From assembly GCA_030867685.1 (NCBI GenBank), contig JAQOWU010000008.1, positions 3,286,001 through 3,350,000 on the forward strand: a stretch of DNA of 64,000 bases, written 5' to 3'. Positions 1-9,993 of the stretch are shown piece by piece. Position 1 is the stretch's first letter. Each line of letters starts with the position of its first letter. This stretch comes from Wickerhamiella versatilis (lineage: Eukaryota). Below the pieces are notes generated by a model, which worked only from the letters and a program-made list of their open reading frames with translations, searched no databases and was not told where the DNA came from. A program made the position numbers and the translations under genes.

Positions 1-355
1 GAATAAATAAGAAAATTTGTTGATAAAGCTTGAGATTGTTCATATTGACGGTATTCAGCCCCGTGATAGTCATTGCGGAGACTCCTTGGAAAAGAGCATC
101 GATGTATGCAATATTTCTCTCCCCATAGAGTATGACACTGATAACAATGCTCCATAGAATTATGTATACATAATGCAAACCAATAAAACTGGTCGATATA
201 GAGTACGCAGCCTGCTTCAGGCGCGCCCACAAGTTTCTGGACACATGCCGGATGCGTTCCATGAGTCCTTCGTCCTCATCCCACTGAAACACAGGTATCC
301 GCCGACTATTAACGGTCGAAGTTCGGCGGAATACCGGCAAGAAATCACTCGACAT
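1..355 (-). CDS. TRK1: Trk-family K+ transporter, N-terminal part (runs off the window start; not in the ORF track)
   Basis: Manual translation from ATG at 355 gives MSSDFLPVFRR...SFIGLHYVYIILWSIVISVILYGERNIAYIDALFQGVSAMTITGLNTVNMNNLKLYQQIFLFI. This matches the first Trk M1-P-M2 unit (YIDALF...GLNTV...LYQQ). Confidence 0.9.
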   Translation of the reverse strand, partial: MSSDFLPVFRRTSTVNSRRIPVFQWDEDEGLMERIRHVSRNLWARLKQAAYSISTSFIGLHYVYIILWSIVISVILYGERNIAYIDALFQGVSAMTITGLNTVNMNNLKLYQQIFLFI

Positions 356-575
356 TGCAGTCAGCGACCACGTGACTAAGAGAGAAACTCATCTCGGATA
401 GATCTCTCATAAGGTGGGACTTTCGTATAAAAAAAACATTTCTGATGTATCACTAAGAAATTAATCCACTTGTGTTGCTGCGTTGCTGTTCAATTGGCTA
501 TGACTGAAAATACTAGGCAGATTTATTATAGAAATTGCATCCAAGAACTTAGCTAATTCTTGCCACTTGCATGCT

Positions 576-1121
576 ATGACGGGAAAAACTTCTGTTCGCT
601 TGATGGCGCCATTTGCAATGCGATGTACGCACTGCGAAGGATTTGTTTATCGGGGAACGAAATTCAATGCTCGGAAAAAGAATACGGGTGAGAACTATCT
701 TGGCATCTCCATCGTAGCCTTCTCAATTCGCTGTCCAAGCTGTGGGAGTGAGATAATTTTTAGAACGGACCCTGCATCGTCTGGATACGTTATACAATCA
801 GGTGCAAGCAGGCTTGTGGCAGAATCAGAGGGTAAAACCGAATCACCATCCCAACGCTTAAATCGCCTCGAGAAAGAGAAGGAGGCCGAGGTACGTGGTC
901 ATGCCCACGATACTTTGAGTGATTATGAGAAGGCGAATTTGCAGAGGCAGCGCGAAGCTGCCAAGGACCGTGAACTGATTGCCCTTAAGCAACAGATGTC
1001 GTCATCAAACAAGACGACCGCTTCGAATCAAATTGGTCCTGAATCGAAAGTTGAGCACCGACTCCCTAAGGTAATTCTACCACAGCCTAAGCGTCGGAAG
1101 GCTGCTAGCGCTTCCCAGTAA
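576..1121 (+). CDS. YJU2: Yju2/CCDC94 (Cwc16 family) splicing factor, apparently N-terminally short
   Basis: VRLMAPFAMRCTHC...GTKFNARK...YLGI...IRCPSC...FRTDP zinc-binding signature. First in-frame ATG is at 576. Confidence 0.85.
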   Translation: MTGKTSVRLMAPFAMRCTHCEGFVYRGTKFNARKKNTGENYLGISIVAFSIRCPSCGSEIIFRTDPASSGYVIQSGASRLVAESEGKTESPSQRLNRLEKEKEAEVRGHAHDTLSDYEKANLQRQREAAKDRELIALKQQMSSSNKTTASNQIGPESKVEHRLPKVILPQPKRRKAASASQ

Positions 1122-1422
1122 AAACCTTGGTCGGTGGCTTTATTCGAGACGCTACTCGTTGTCTTGGTAATTCTGAGGCTAAGGTGTTTTTGAAGGAGCG
1201 TGGCGAACTTAACGTATTATTTATGGGTTTCTCTTGGTATTCCACCATTTGCGCGTTTGTATAGATGCCACACATCATACGTGCAACCCCCTCCGATGTA
1301 ACGGCGATGTCGTTACTCAAGGCGCACTCATCAGCAAGCGAATCAGCAAGACCAGCAAGCAGGGCATCAAATTGCCCGATACTTGGCGCTAGATATTCCA
1401 TGAGCCCCGGTTGGTCAATCAT
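1105..1422 (-). CDS. DAM1: DASH/Dam1 kinetochore complex subunit Dam1 (divergent)
   Basis: LMEYLAPSIGQFDALLAGL...SEGVARMMCGIYTNAQMVEYQEKP resembles the Dam1 core (E..A..LYG...N...V.F...P). Basic S/R tail. ATG at 1422. Confidence 0.65.
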   Translation of the reverse strand: MIDQPGLMEYLAPSIGQFDALLAGLADSLADECALSNDIAVTSEGVARMMCGIYTNAQMVEYQEKPINNTLSSPRSFKNTLASELPRQRVASRIKPPTKVFTGKR

Positions 1423-1713
1423 GTAGACGCTCGTACTTTGGGACGTCGCAATTATGAAGTTGTTAATTGGAGTCGTCACATCGCGTCGCACCAGTGTATT
1501 TCGAAGGATACAAAATGCTCCTGATCGCGAAGGTAACGATACTAATATAAAAATTAGATGGCACACGACAGAACTAATGACCAAATAATCGCATTTATGA
1601 GATATGCAGCTATTTAACAAAGACCTCTATACAGTAATCGAAATCGCTTTTTTTCAAGAACTTTCTTTAATTTAATAATTTCATTTAATTAAGATTTTCA
1701 TATGTGCGGTTTA

Positions 1714-4104
1714 TCATATCAAGACCAAATCAGGAATGTCGAAATGAAAGAATATATTGTGAGTATCAACGATAGGAACCTTCGCAGGTGTCTCGCTGGA
1801 CAGTTGGTTTTCTTCATCCTGTAATGGTTTGTCGTCAGACCGTACCTCACTTAACTCGGCCAACAGAGCCTGCTGATTGTCCGAACTTCCTCCAATGCCC
1901 GTATTAACCAATGCCCTTCTGGACCATTCACTCAGAATTCCAGCAAAATGGAATTCCACTGGCTGTGATGCGTATTTTGTTAATTCTTGCATCAAGTCCC
2001 ACAAGTACTGAGATGCTGTAAAATCAATGTTGGGAGAAGCACTCATGTCAAACACTATAGCACGTAGAACAGGCCGTTCATCAACTACACTATGATCAAC
2101 TTTGAGGTTACGAGGAAGGCCATCATTCCAAGTACGATCGCCTAACTTGGGAACTTTGCTATTGTCAACGTTCCGACGTGTATTTTTTCGTACGTAGTCG
2201 CCAATCCTCTCCATCTGCCAATTTACGTTTTGATAGGTCAGGGACTCGCGGAATCTATAAACGAGTATTCCAGGAGGAGGGGGTTCGATATTCACAGAGG
2301 TATTTATGTTATCGTGAGTGAGAGGCCACCACTTAACCCCGCTGGTGGGCAACGCGCTGACTTTGGGCACAGGAAGATGATAAGCATCCTCATTGCTTCC
2401 ATGTTTTTGGTCTTCTTTTTGTTCGGAGGCCGAATCAGACTTCTCGCTGCTCTGAACCTCTGTCTCATTGACGGTCGTGACTTTAGGGTCGAACAAGTGA
2501 TCTTTAGTTTCAACGCTTCGAGATCCACTCTCTGAAACATTTTCTGATTTAACCAGTGTAGGATGGGGCACAGTCTCATATCTGACTTTACCCAGAAATT
2601 GACCCAATGGAAATGTCTGTTTGAGAAGAGTAAAGAACAGTGTCGCCGCAACGCACATATAAATACCGGCTTCCAAAGTGACAAATATACAAAGAAATAC
2701 GTCCACGAGAAATATAATTAGCTCAACAGGCGATACTATCCACATCTTCCATGTCGATCGCCAAGATGCGAACAGATCACACACTGCATTAATCACGATT
2801 GCAGATATTGTAGCTTTGGGTATCCAATAAAAGGCATCTGTCAACCCATAGATTGCTACAAGGACACAAGCTCCCGTCCACATGCTCGCAATGGGGGTGC
2901 GTACACCACACTTGGCTTTCAAGGCGGTGCGGGAGAATGATCCTGTATTTGGATATGCTTCAAACATATGACCCACCATGTTAGACACACCTATTGCGAT
3001 CAACTCTTGATTCGAATTGATACGATATCCATTAATACGGCCAAAGCTTCTGGATATAGAGATGTGCTCAAGGACGAGCACGACAACAGAAATAGCAAGA
3101 TCACTACCAATGGCATCTGCCACTTCTTTGCTAACAGGAAAAGCTCCTTTATCCTGCAAACCACGTGGAACGGTTCCAAGTAGCTTTATAGGGAAATTTT
3201 GATCACTGTCACTCACACCATCAACACGCGAACCCCTGCAAATTGCCCAGGAAATACAAGTAGCAACAATAACGACAATCGCTTGCTTTAATGTTCCAAG
3301 GTAGAACCAGAAGAGACGGCGCCTGCTATCACGCTTAGCGAGATATGCGCAACCATACTGCATAACAAACAGCGCAAACAGTGATATAATACCAAACGCG
3401 GCATTATAGTCTGAATCAGGGAGCTGCTTCAGCCACCTAATCGTTTGACAGAACCCTGCTGATTTGCGCGATGAATCCTGACAATATGGTGTGCTATCAC
3501 CAGTTTTACTTGTCCCCATAAGGTTGAAAAGCTGGCCGATGATGATCGTGTACGCAGAGCCAGTCATGAAACCCAGAACACCTGGCATTGAAATATACTC
3601 AAAGAGAAATCCAAAACGAATGAGACCGACACCTAAGCATATTCCACCACATAGTAAGCTCAGAGCTGCAGCGATTTTTGCCTTTCCTTGCTCGTCATCA
3701 TAATTGTGATTACCCTGCGCATTAAGCTTGTCGATTGCCTTCGACACAACCGTTTTAGTTTGTTGAGACATTACCGCAACAGGACCTATGGAAATATCCT
3801 TCGAAGTCGCAAATAGGGGATATAAGAATAGTCCGATGAATGACGAGTAAAGACCAAACTGTGGTTGTAAACCAGCTGTATTTGCATATGACATGGACTG
3901 CGGAACAATAACTATTCCAACTGTAATCCCAGCAATAGCGTCATAAATGGCCCACGTCAAATTATACTTATGAATCCACTGAATGATGGGGAACGTTGCC
4001 AGCACATAGTTCTTCACTTTATGCCATGGGTCTCGGGCAACCCACTTGACCGGCTGCCTAACCGAAACAACCGGCTCTTTCCATTCCTCGACGCTGACGC
4101 TCAT
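1714..4104 (-). CDS. SLC26/SulP sulfate permease (Sul1/Sul2-like)
   Basis: DAIAGITVGIVIVPQSMSYA, GLYSSF, TSKDISIGP and TGSFSRTAL motifs, plus a C-terminal STAS domain. Confidence 0.95.
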   Translation of the reverse strand: MSVSVEEWKEPVVSVRQPVKWVARDPWHKVKNYVLATFPIIQWIHKYNLTWAIYDAIAGITVGIVIVPQSMSYANTAGLQPQFGLYSSFIGLFLYPLFATSKDISIGPVAVMSQQTKTVVSKAIDKLNAQGNHNYDDEQGKAKIAAALSLLCGGICLGVGLIRFGFLFEYISMPGVLGFMTGSAYTIIIGQLFNLMGTSKTGDSTPYCQDSSRKSAGFCQTIRWLKQLPDSDYNAAFGIISLFALFVMQYGCAYLAKRDSRRRLFWFYLGTLKQAIVVIVATCISWAICRGSRVDGVSDSDQNFPIKLLGTVPRGLQDKGAFPVSKEVADAIGSDLAISVVVLVLEHISISRSFGRINGYRINSNQELIAIGVSNMVGHMFEAYPNTGSFSRTALKAKCGVRTPIASMWTGACVLVAIYGLTDAFYWIPKATISAIVINAVCDLFASWRSTWKMWIVSPVELIIFLVDVFLCIFVTLEAGIYMCVAATLFFTLLKQTFPLGQFLGKVRYETVPHPTLVKSENVSESGSRSVETKDHLFDPKVTTVNETEVQSSEKSDSASEQKEDQKHGSNEDAYHLPVPKVSALPTSGVKWWPLTHDNINTSVNIEPPPPGILVYRFRESLTYQNVNWQMERIGDYVRKNTRRNVDNSKVPKLGDRTWNDGLPRNLKVDHSVVDERPVLRAIVFDMSASPNIDFTASQYLWDLMQELTKYASQPVEFHFAGILSEWSRRALVNTGIGGSSDNQQALLAELSEVRSDDKPLQDEENQLSSETPAKVPIVDTHNIFFHFDIPDLVLI

Positions 4105-4158
4105 CTCAACGCTGGAATAGGAAATGCTTGCAGATTTCTGTGCCTACTTGAGTAGAGG

Positions 4159-4170
4159 TATCACGTGATA
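4159..4170. promoter_or_regulatory. Palindromic Cbf1-type E-box (TATCACGTGATA) upstream of the sulfate permease
   Basis: TCACGTGA lies ~55 bp upstream of the ATG. TCACGTG is the Cbf1/Met4 sulfur-regulon element in yeasts. Confidence 0.55.
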
Positions 4171-4449
4171 TGGTGTATGATGATGCGTTCTTGCATAAGA
4201 ATCCTTGGGGAAGATATTGAGAGAGATTTCTCCCAATGTGTGGAGTTTTCATGTCATAAAATTGAGTTTTTTTATAATATTAGTCTATCCGCAACTTAGA
4301 AACGACACAAAAAAAATGGAGTGAGTGCAATTTTCATATCGCTGTGCCTTTTTTTCATAGCTGACAAACAGCTGATATTTAGAGGTTTAACACTTTCGAT
4401 TATTGTTGGTTAAGCGTAATTGCATCCGTAAGTAATAATAATTGGATAT

Positions 4450-4770
4450 AGCGGGGAAAAGGAGTGGATTGGTCTTTGCTATCTCATTTGCGCTTGCAGT
4501 ATTATCATAGGACTCAATGTACAAAATCGGATTTCAGATTTCTAATCGACATTTTCTGGGGGCGTTTTGCTTCTTGCTATGTCATCTTGCGCTTGCCGTG
4601 CCATAATCGGCCTCGATGTACAAATCAGTTTACAGATTTCTTATCGACATTTTATTAGCGGGGCGGACGAGGGGCTTTAACTCCTCTTTGCTATTTCGTT
4701 TGAGCTTCTAGTATTATAATAGTACTCTATGTGAAAAATCAGTTTAGAGATTTCTAATCGTGACATTTTC
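4450..4770. repeat. Three degenerate tandem copies of a ~100-113 bp unit
   Basis: Each unit has gggg...TTGCTAT...TTGMGCTT...CTCNATGT..AAATC..AGATTTCTWATCG(TG)ACATTTT. Units at ~4450-4557, ~4558-4657 and ~4658-4770. Confidence 0.85.
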
Positions 4771-4896
4771 GCAAGATAAGACGATTATCTATTTCGCTAG
4801 TTCGAATATATACATCCCTATTTGTTGTCATGGCGAAACATGCTAGCCTGGGCGAGTTTTCAACGAAGCCAAGACCAGATTATATAAACTTCAGTT

Positions 4897-6549
4897 ATGT
4901 CTCTGCATTTTCAAAGCACTACGTGGGGTCCACCCGCGGCGTCACCAAACTTGCTGAAATTTAAGGATGCACCATTTGCACCCTTTAGCAAGAGTGACAA
5001 GCTTGGTAAGGCGGCGGACTGGGCTGCGGATACCACATCTAAGGATGGAAAAGATGGTGTCAAGCGATCTGGGACCTCGCGTGTCGGCAATACGCGGGAT
5101 CCTTTCCATGCGTATGGCGCATCGGCCTCGTCATTTTTCGTTGGAGATGAAACTGACTCGTCGTGGCAATTTAACATTGTTGATACAAACACGAAGCTGA
5201 CCGGCACTGCCAGTAACAAGAACAAGGCACCATCCTCCGCGGTACTGAAGGCGCGCGGTGCAGGTGGGCCATCATCCAACCCACAAAGAGGCGGTCCTGC
5301 CGTGCAGCAGCCCAACCGCCGTGCAGGCGGCCAGGGCGGTCCCAGCGGCCAGCCTTCCACTGCTCAACAGCGTGGTGGGCCAACCCCTTATTATCGTCGC
5401 TTTGCCTCCTGGAGCAATCAACCAACCAAGAACCGTGAGTCAAGTATCGCTGTTGAACCATCCTGGAAGCTTGTACAATCCAATACCTTTTCGGAGTTCC
5501 AAAAGTTGTCTTACGATCTGCCGAAGTCCGAGGTTTTGGAGAAACATGGTGAAATGCCTGTCTACGAACGTCATTTCGACAAGCTCACCCATCCGGTGCG
5601 TTTGCGGCCTGTTGACTCCACTGTGTACAACGTGACTACGAGCGAAGACCCTGTAATCCAGCGACTGGCAAAGACAGGGAAGGCTACGCTTTTTGCAACA
5701 GATGCCGTTCTCAGTCTGCTAATGTGCGCGACAAAGCCTACTAATCCGTGGGACATTGTTGTGAACAAGCATCATGGCCAGATTTTCCTTGACAAGCGTG
5801 ATGGTGGTCCTTTGGACTTTTTGAGCGTTGATGAAAACTCGCATAATCCACCAGAGGATCAAGCCACAAACCCCATTGACAGTGCGTCTGCTCTTGCTGT
5901 CGAGGCTACTTACATCAATCAGAATTTTGCTGCGAATATAGCCACCCGGGAATACAGTAAGTTCGACCAGCCAAATCCTTTTAGTGATGGGCAAGAATCG
6001 GAAAGCGAGCCTTTGCTGCCTAAAGGCTATATCTACAAGTCTTTCAATCTTGAAACGGATCCCGAGAAGCCTCCCATCTGCCTAGTTGCTCGGTTAGAGG
6101 TGGATGCTGTGTTGGGAGGAACTGAACCTCCAGCCCTTCTCAGTGTTAAGTCACTCAATGAATATGGTGGCACGCGGCCTCTGGAGTGGAAGGAACGCTT
6201 CTTGACTCAACGTGGTGCCATTGTCACTTCACAAATGAAGTCGAACTTGGCGAAGCTTTCTCAGTGGAATACCTCGGCACTTCTTGCCGATGTGAAGGCA
6301 ATGAAGGTTGGATTCGTTAGTCGCATGAATGCGCGTGACAAGACCCGTCATGAGATCGTTGGCGTTGTGTCATTTGACCCCAAACAGCTGGCTCAACAGA
6401 TTCAGCTCAATCTAGCAAACGGTTGGGGTATTATCAAGTCACTATACAATATATTTTCGAGCCTTGATGATGGCCATTATGTTGTAATGCGTGACCCCAA
6501 TGCTCCAAGCGTGAAAATTTATAATGCCTCTGAGAATAACTCTGCATAG
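4897..6549 (+). CDS. Translation initiation factor eIF3 subunit d (Moe1-like)
   Basis: WGPP, PFSKSDKLGKAADW, VTTSEDPVI, FLDKRDGG and GFVSR motifs. Confidence 0.95.
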   Translation: MSLHFQSTTWGPPAASPNLLKFKDAPFAPFSKSDKLGKAADWAADTTSKDGKDGVKRSGTSRVGNTRDPFHAYGASASSFFVGDETDSSWQFNIVDTNTKLTGTASNKNKAPSSAVLKARGAGGPSSNPQRGGPAVQQPNRRAGGQGGPSGQPSTAQQRGGPTPYYRRFASWSNQPTKNRESSIAVEPSWKLVQSNTFSEFQKLSYDLPKSEVLEKHGEMPVYERHFDKLTHPVRLRPVDSTVYNVTTSEDPVIQRLAKTGKATLFATDAVLSLLMCATKPTNPWDIVVNKHHGQIFLDKRDGGPLDFLSVDENSHNPPEDQATNPIDSASALAVEATYINQNFAANIATREYSKFDQPNPFSDGQESESEPLLPKGYIYKSFNLETDPEKPPICLVARLEVDAVLGGTEPPALLSVKSLNEYGGTRPLEWKERFLTQRGAIVTSQMKSNLAKLSQWNTSALLADVKAMKVGFVSRMNARDKTRHEIVGVVSFDPKQLAQQIQLNLANGWGIIKSLYNIFSSLDDGHYVVMRDPNAPSVKIYNASENNSA

Positions 6550-7137
6550 ATGTGAACAGTAGCTTTACTGTGATCTGTGCTCTCGTTAGAGTACAATACT
6601 GGAAAAATATGCATTATTTTGGATATTGTAGGATATAAGCTGGTGAATCCAGAAATCTAGAATGCTATAGCTGATCTTGCGTCTCGATTTAAATATAAAA
6701 GATAAGGACAAGAATATAAGTTATCTGGATAAATTTCTTTTTCCCGATAAAGCAGTCGTATGTGGATTAGGTATAGAAGTTTTAAAACTAGTGTCCCAAA
6801 ATGCAATCAATGCTTAGACTTAAGCCATGTCAATCAGGGATACTCGTTGTTGTTGCTCAGTGGCTGGGAAGTGCAAAATAGCAAGCCATCAACAATACTA
6901 TGAACAATAGCACTTAATTTCTGTCCATCAGAATGTTTGGCCAATTAGCTTAAGCCACTTTACGGATCTGGTACAGATCTGGTAGAGCCCGGTCAAAAAA
7001 GCTCCCTAATGATGAACAAAACCCATAATAATGCTTTATTAGAAAGAAACAAATAGTTTCTGTTGTCAGAGTACCAAAACTGTGATGTATCTTTAGGCCT
7101 ACTTCATCTAGTCGTCGAGGTGTGTGTCGCTTACTCA

Positions 7138-8496
7138 ATGCAGGCCACGCTGGTAACTCTGTTCTTTGCGTGGATAACAGCTGTATTGGCGTCTTCCTCG
7201 ACAGGATTTCGCAATCTTAAGCTATCCAGGAGTGTTGATTTAACTGGCTCCTATGTGAAAGAGGTAGTTCATGTTGTGGCAGAAAATGCTGGCTCCGACC
7301 CGTTGGCTAGCTACCTTGTCCCTATCACCGAGGTAGAGAACAATGAGCTGGCCATTTTTGAAGCTCAGACAAAATCTAGCGAGTCTCTTGGTGTACAAAA
7401 AGCCCCTCCTACTGACGAAGGGCTGGTGCTTTACATGATTGACCTGCCGGAGGTCATCCAGCCCAAGGGAACTGTGGAATTTTCGTATACCAAGGTCCGT
7501 GTGAATTCGATAGTGCCACTACCATATGAAGCAAAGCAGTTAGAACCGCAACTACTTTCATTTGAGGGCGACAAGTATGCACTGAGTGTGTATCCGTCTG
7601 AGAAGCAGTCACTGAAATTTAAGTTTGCAAGCCGGAATATTAAAGATGTAACCCATGAAGAAAAGCCACTGAAAGTTAGTCGTAGTGGTGCTGTTGATTT
7701 CGGCTCTTGGGATAACGTCAAAGAACTTTCTTCGGAGCCTGTGGTTCTTCAATTTGAAAGTGTTCTGGGTATCACTCGCGTTTTGAACCTCGATCGTGAC
7801 ATTTGGGTAAGTCACTGGGGTGGTACTGTTTCGTTTGATGAATCCTATGATGTCAAGAATGATGGTACCCGGTTGAGTGGAGGCTTTTCGAGATTGGACT
7901 TTTCCAAACAACGCTTTTTATCGGGAAACCTTAACGCAGCCGCCATTCGGTCGCTTGGCATTTCCTTGCCACCTGGAGCGCGTGAAACCTACTATACCGA
8001 CCTCGTTGGTAATGTCTCAACTTCCTCTATTGCTCCAGGAATTCTCGAGGTTAGACCACGCTATCCAATAATGGGTGGGTGGATCTATAATTTCACGGTT
8101 GGCTGGGCTTCGGACTTAGCTCATTTTGTACATGAGGCACGCCCGCAGGAATATATCTTGTCAGTGCCATTGCTTGGTGGGCCAGGTAACGCTGAGTATG
8201 ATCGTGTGCATACACGGATTATTCTGCCCGAAGGCGCAAGCCAAATCGAAGTTTTTGATGAAATTCACGAAAGCCTCGATAATGATATTCTATTCAGTTA
8301 TCTGGATCTTTATGGCAGACCAACTGTGGAGCTTGAGTATTCGAACCTGGTAAGTGACCATAGAAACACTGAGGTATATGTTACTTATCATTACACGAAT
8401 GCAGATGCTTTGAGAAAACCTTTGACCTACTTCGCAGGGTTCTTGGTGTTTTTCATTACAGCAATGATATTGTCTCGTGTCGATCTCAGCTTATGA
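7138..8496 (+). CDS. OST1: Oligosaccharyltransferase alpha subunit (ribophorin I)
   Basis: Signal peptide from ATG 7138; VSHWG, YYTDLVGNVSTS and PRYPIMGGW.YNF motifs; C-terminal TM helix. Confidence 0.93.
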   Translation: MQATLVTLFFAWITAVLASSSTGFRNLKLSRSVDLTGSYVKEVVHVVAENAGSDPLASYLVPITEVENNELAIFEAQTKSSESLGVQKAPPTDEGLVLYMIDLPEVIQPKGTVEFSYTKVRVNSIVPLPYEAKQLEPQLLSFEGDKYALSVYPSEKQSLKFKFASRNIKDVTHEEKPLKVSRSGAVDFGSWDNVKELSSEPVVLQFESVLGITRVLNLDRDIWVSHWGGTVSFDESYDVKNDGTRLSGGFSRLDFSKQRFLSGNLNAAAIRSLGISLPPGARETYYTDLVGNVSTSSIAPGILEVRPRYPIMGGWIYNFTVGWASDLAHFVHEARPQEYILSVPLLGGPGNAEYDRVHTRIILPEGASQIEVFDEIHESLDNDILFSYLDLYGRPTVELEYSNLVSDHRNTEVYVTYHYTNADALRKPLTYFAGFLVFFITAMILSRVDLSL

Positions 8497-8670
8497 ACTT
8501 AGAGGTACATAACATTTTAAAAAAAGTTTCGTTCATATATATGCAATTTTTGAAGCTCTGCAGGGCTATTAAAAGTTTCTTATTTTGAGAAGGAGGTTGG
8601 GGATCGAGGAGCTTTAAAAACTTGCCATGCAACAACACCAATGCACCCAGCAGCTCGTGAAGGGTTATTA

Positions 8671-9984
8671 TTATACACCCTTCCAAGCAACTTTTTCAAC
8701 AGACTCGAATTTTCGTTTACAGTCTCGTACAATACCCAAAAACTTAAGCGATGCTGCACCTTCAAGGAAAAGAGAGAGGATATGTCTGTCGTTCATTGCA
8801 CCTTGACCCGTAACCAACATCGTCTTAAAGGCTACAAACCAATCATAGATATTGACATACATTGGTGCTTCGCGAACAAGCTGATACAAGAGAGACAAAG
8901 GTATTTCTTCGACACTTGAGGAGGGCGGCACTGCTAGAGTGGATTCTAATAGGGCACGGAAAGTAGGGTTGAAGACGTCGTGGAGCATTTCTGTCTGTAC
9001 CACGAGTTCGCCAAGAATGTCATTAGGATTAGGATGACTTTTTTGCTCTTCCCATTTTCTCGCGGCACCCTCCGGATCCTCGACCAGATCAGGCTGCAAT
9101 TTTCGGACCGAAGGCAAACGAGGAACAATCTCAAGAGGGTTCAAGGGCCTGCTGCAATGGTACGCCAAGCATGCATACCGAATGAAGCGGCCAGCATCCT
9201 GGGTAGACTGCTCGTCAACCACCTGTGGGATATTGCCTAGGGGTGTACCGGATTCTCGCAGCTTTTCCGCGCACCGCTGAACGAATAGGGCAGTATTGGG
9301 AGAGCCGCAGAAATAGATTGAGCGCATTCCCATGATAATTTCACGAGAAAGATTATCCTCGAGTAAGATGGGAGGCATGCTTAGCTGCAACACTAGATGT
9401 AAGGGCAATCGATCCGCATAGGAATGCAGTTTACCCATAAGTTCTCTGAGCGTACCTGCATCAAATGAATCAGTATCCTCTAAGTAGACAACGACCCGCT
9501 TTACCTTTGAGTTCTGGTGCAGCCAGTCCACTAGAACATCGAAATCGTACGCCAGTCGCATATCAACACTGAGATCCACCTTTTCATCCCCTGTGAGCCG
9601 TTTTACAATCAATTTCATGGCAGAATTAGTATTAGGACACTCCTTCGAATGTATTGTTACAGTGCGCCATTCCTCTTGTGACCTCAAAATGTCTAATAGA
9701 CTGGGGCAGTCAAGAACCAGGGATGTTGAGAGCAATTCAGGGGTAGGTGCTGAACCAATGTACTCAATTATACGGGAAATCTCGCGCTCTTGCTGTGCCA
9801 CAACGAATTCATCGATACAATTGTCAATAACATTAAAGGCAGTGACTAACCCATGATACCTTTCACTAACTTCAGTTTCCGCTGAAACCTTAGCAAGAGC
9901 ATGCTTCAGCCGCTCATGAGGATCCTGCCGAGGTGAACGTCGCCATACATATGCTGCCTCTTGGCTTCGTCCACCGTCCTGCAT
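8671..9984 (-). CDS. ORC3: Origin recognition complex subunit 3 (short, 437 aa)
   Basis: YDFDVLVDW, VVVYLEDTDSFD and RLPSVR motifs; winged-helix end VNIYDWFVAF...LKFLGIVRDCKRKFESVEKVAW. Confidence 0.88.
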   Translation of the reverse strand: MQDGGRSQEAAYVWRRSPRQDPHERLKHALAKVSAETEVSERYHGLVTAFNVIDNCIDEFVVAQQEREISRIIEYIGSAPTPELLSTSLVLDCPSLLDILRSQEEWRTVTIHSKECPNTNSAMKLIVKRLTGDEKVDLSVDMRLAYDFDVLVDWLHQNSKVKRVVVYLEDTDSFDAGTLRELMGKLHSYADRLPLHLVLQLSMPPILLEDNLSREIIMGMRSIYFCGSPNTALFVQRCAEKLRESGTPLGNIPQVVDEQSTQDAGRFIRYACLAYHCSRPLNPLEIVPRLPSVRKLQPDLVEDPEGAARKWEEQKSHPNPNDILGELVVQTEMLHDVFNPTFRALLESTLAVPPSSSVEEIPLSLLYQLVREAPMYVNIYDWFVAFKTMLVTGQGAMNDRHILSLFLEGAASLKFLGIVRDCKRKFESVEKVAWKGV

Positions 9985-9993
9985 GGTTTGTGA

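Noticed and set aside
173-379. 68-aa + strand ORF
   Set aside because: Antisense shadow of the TRK1 N-terminus.
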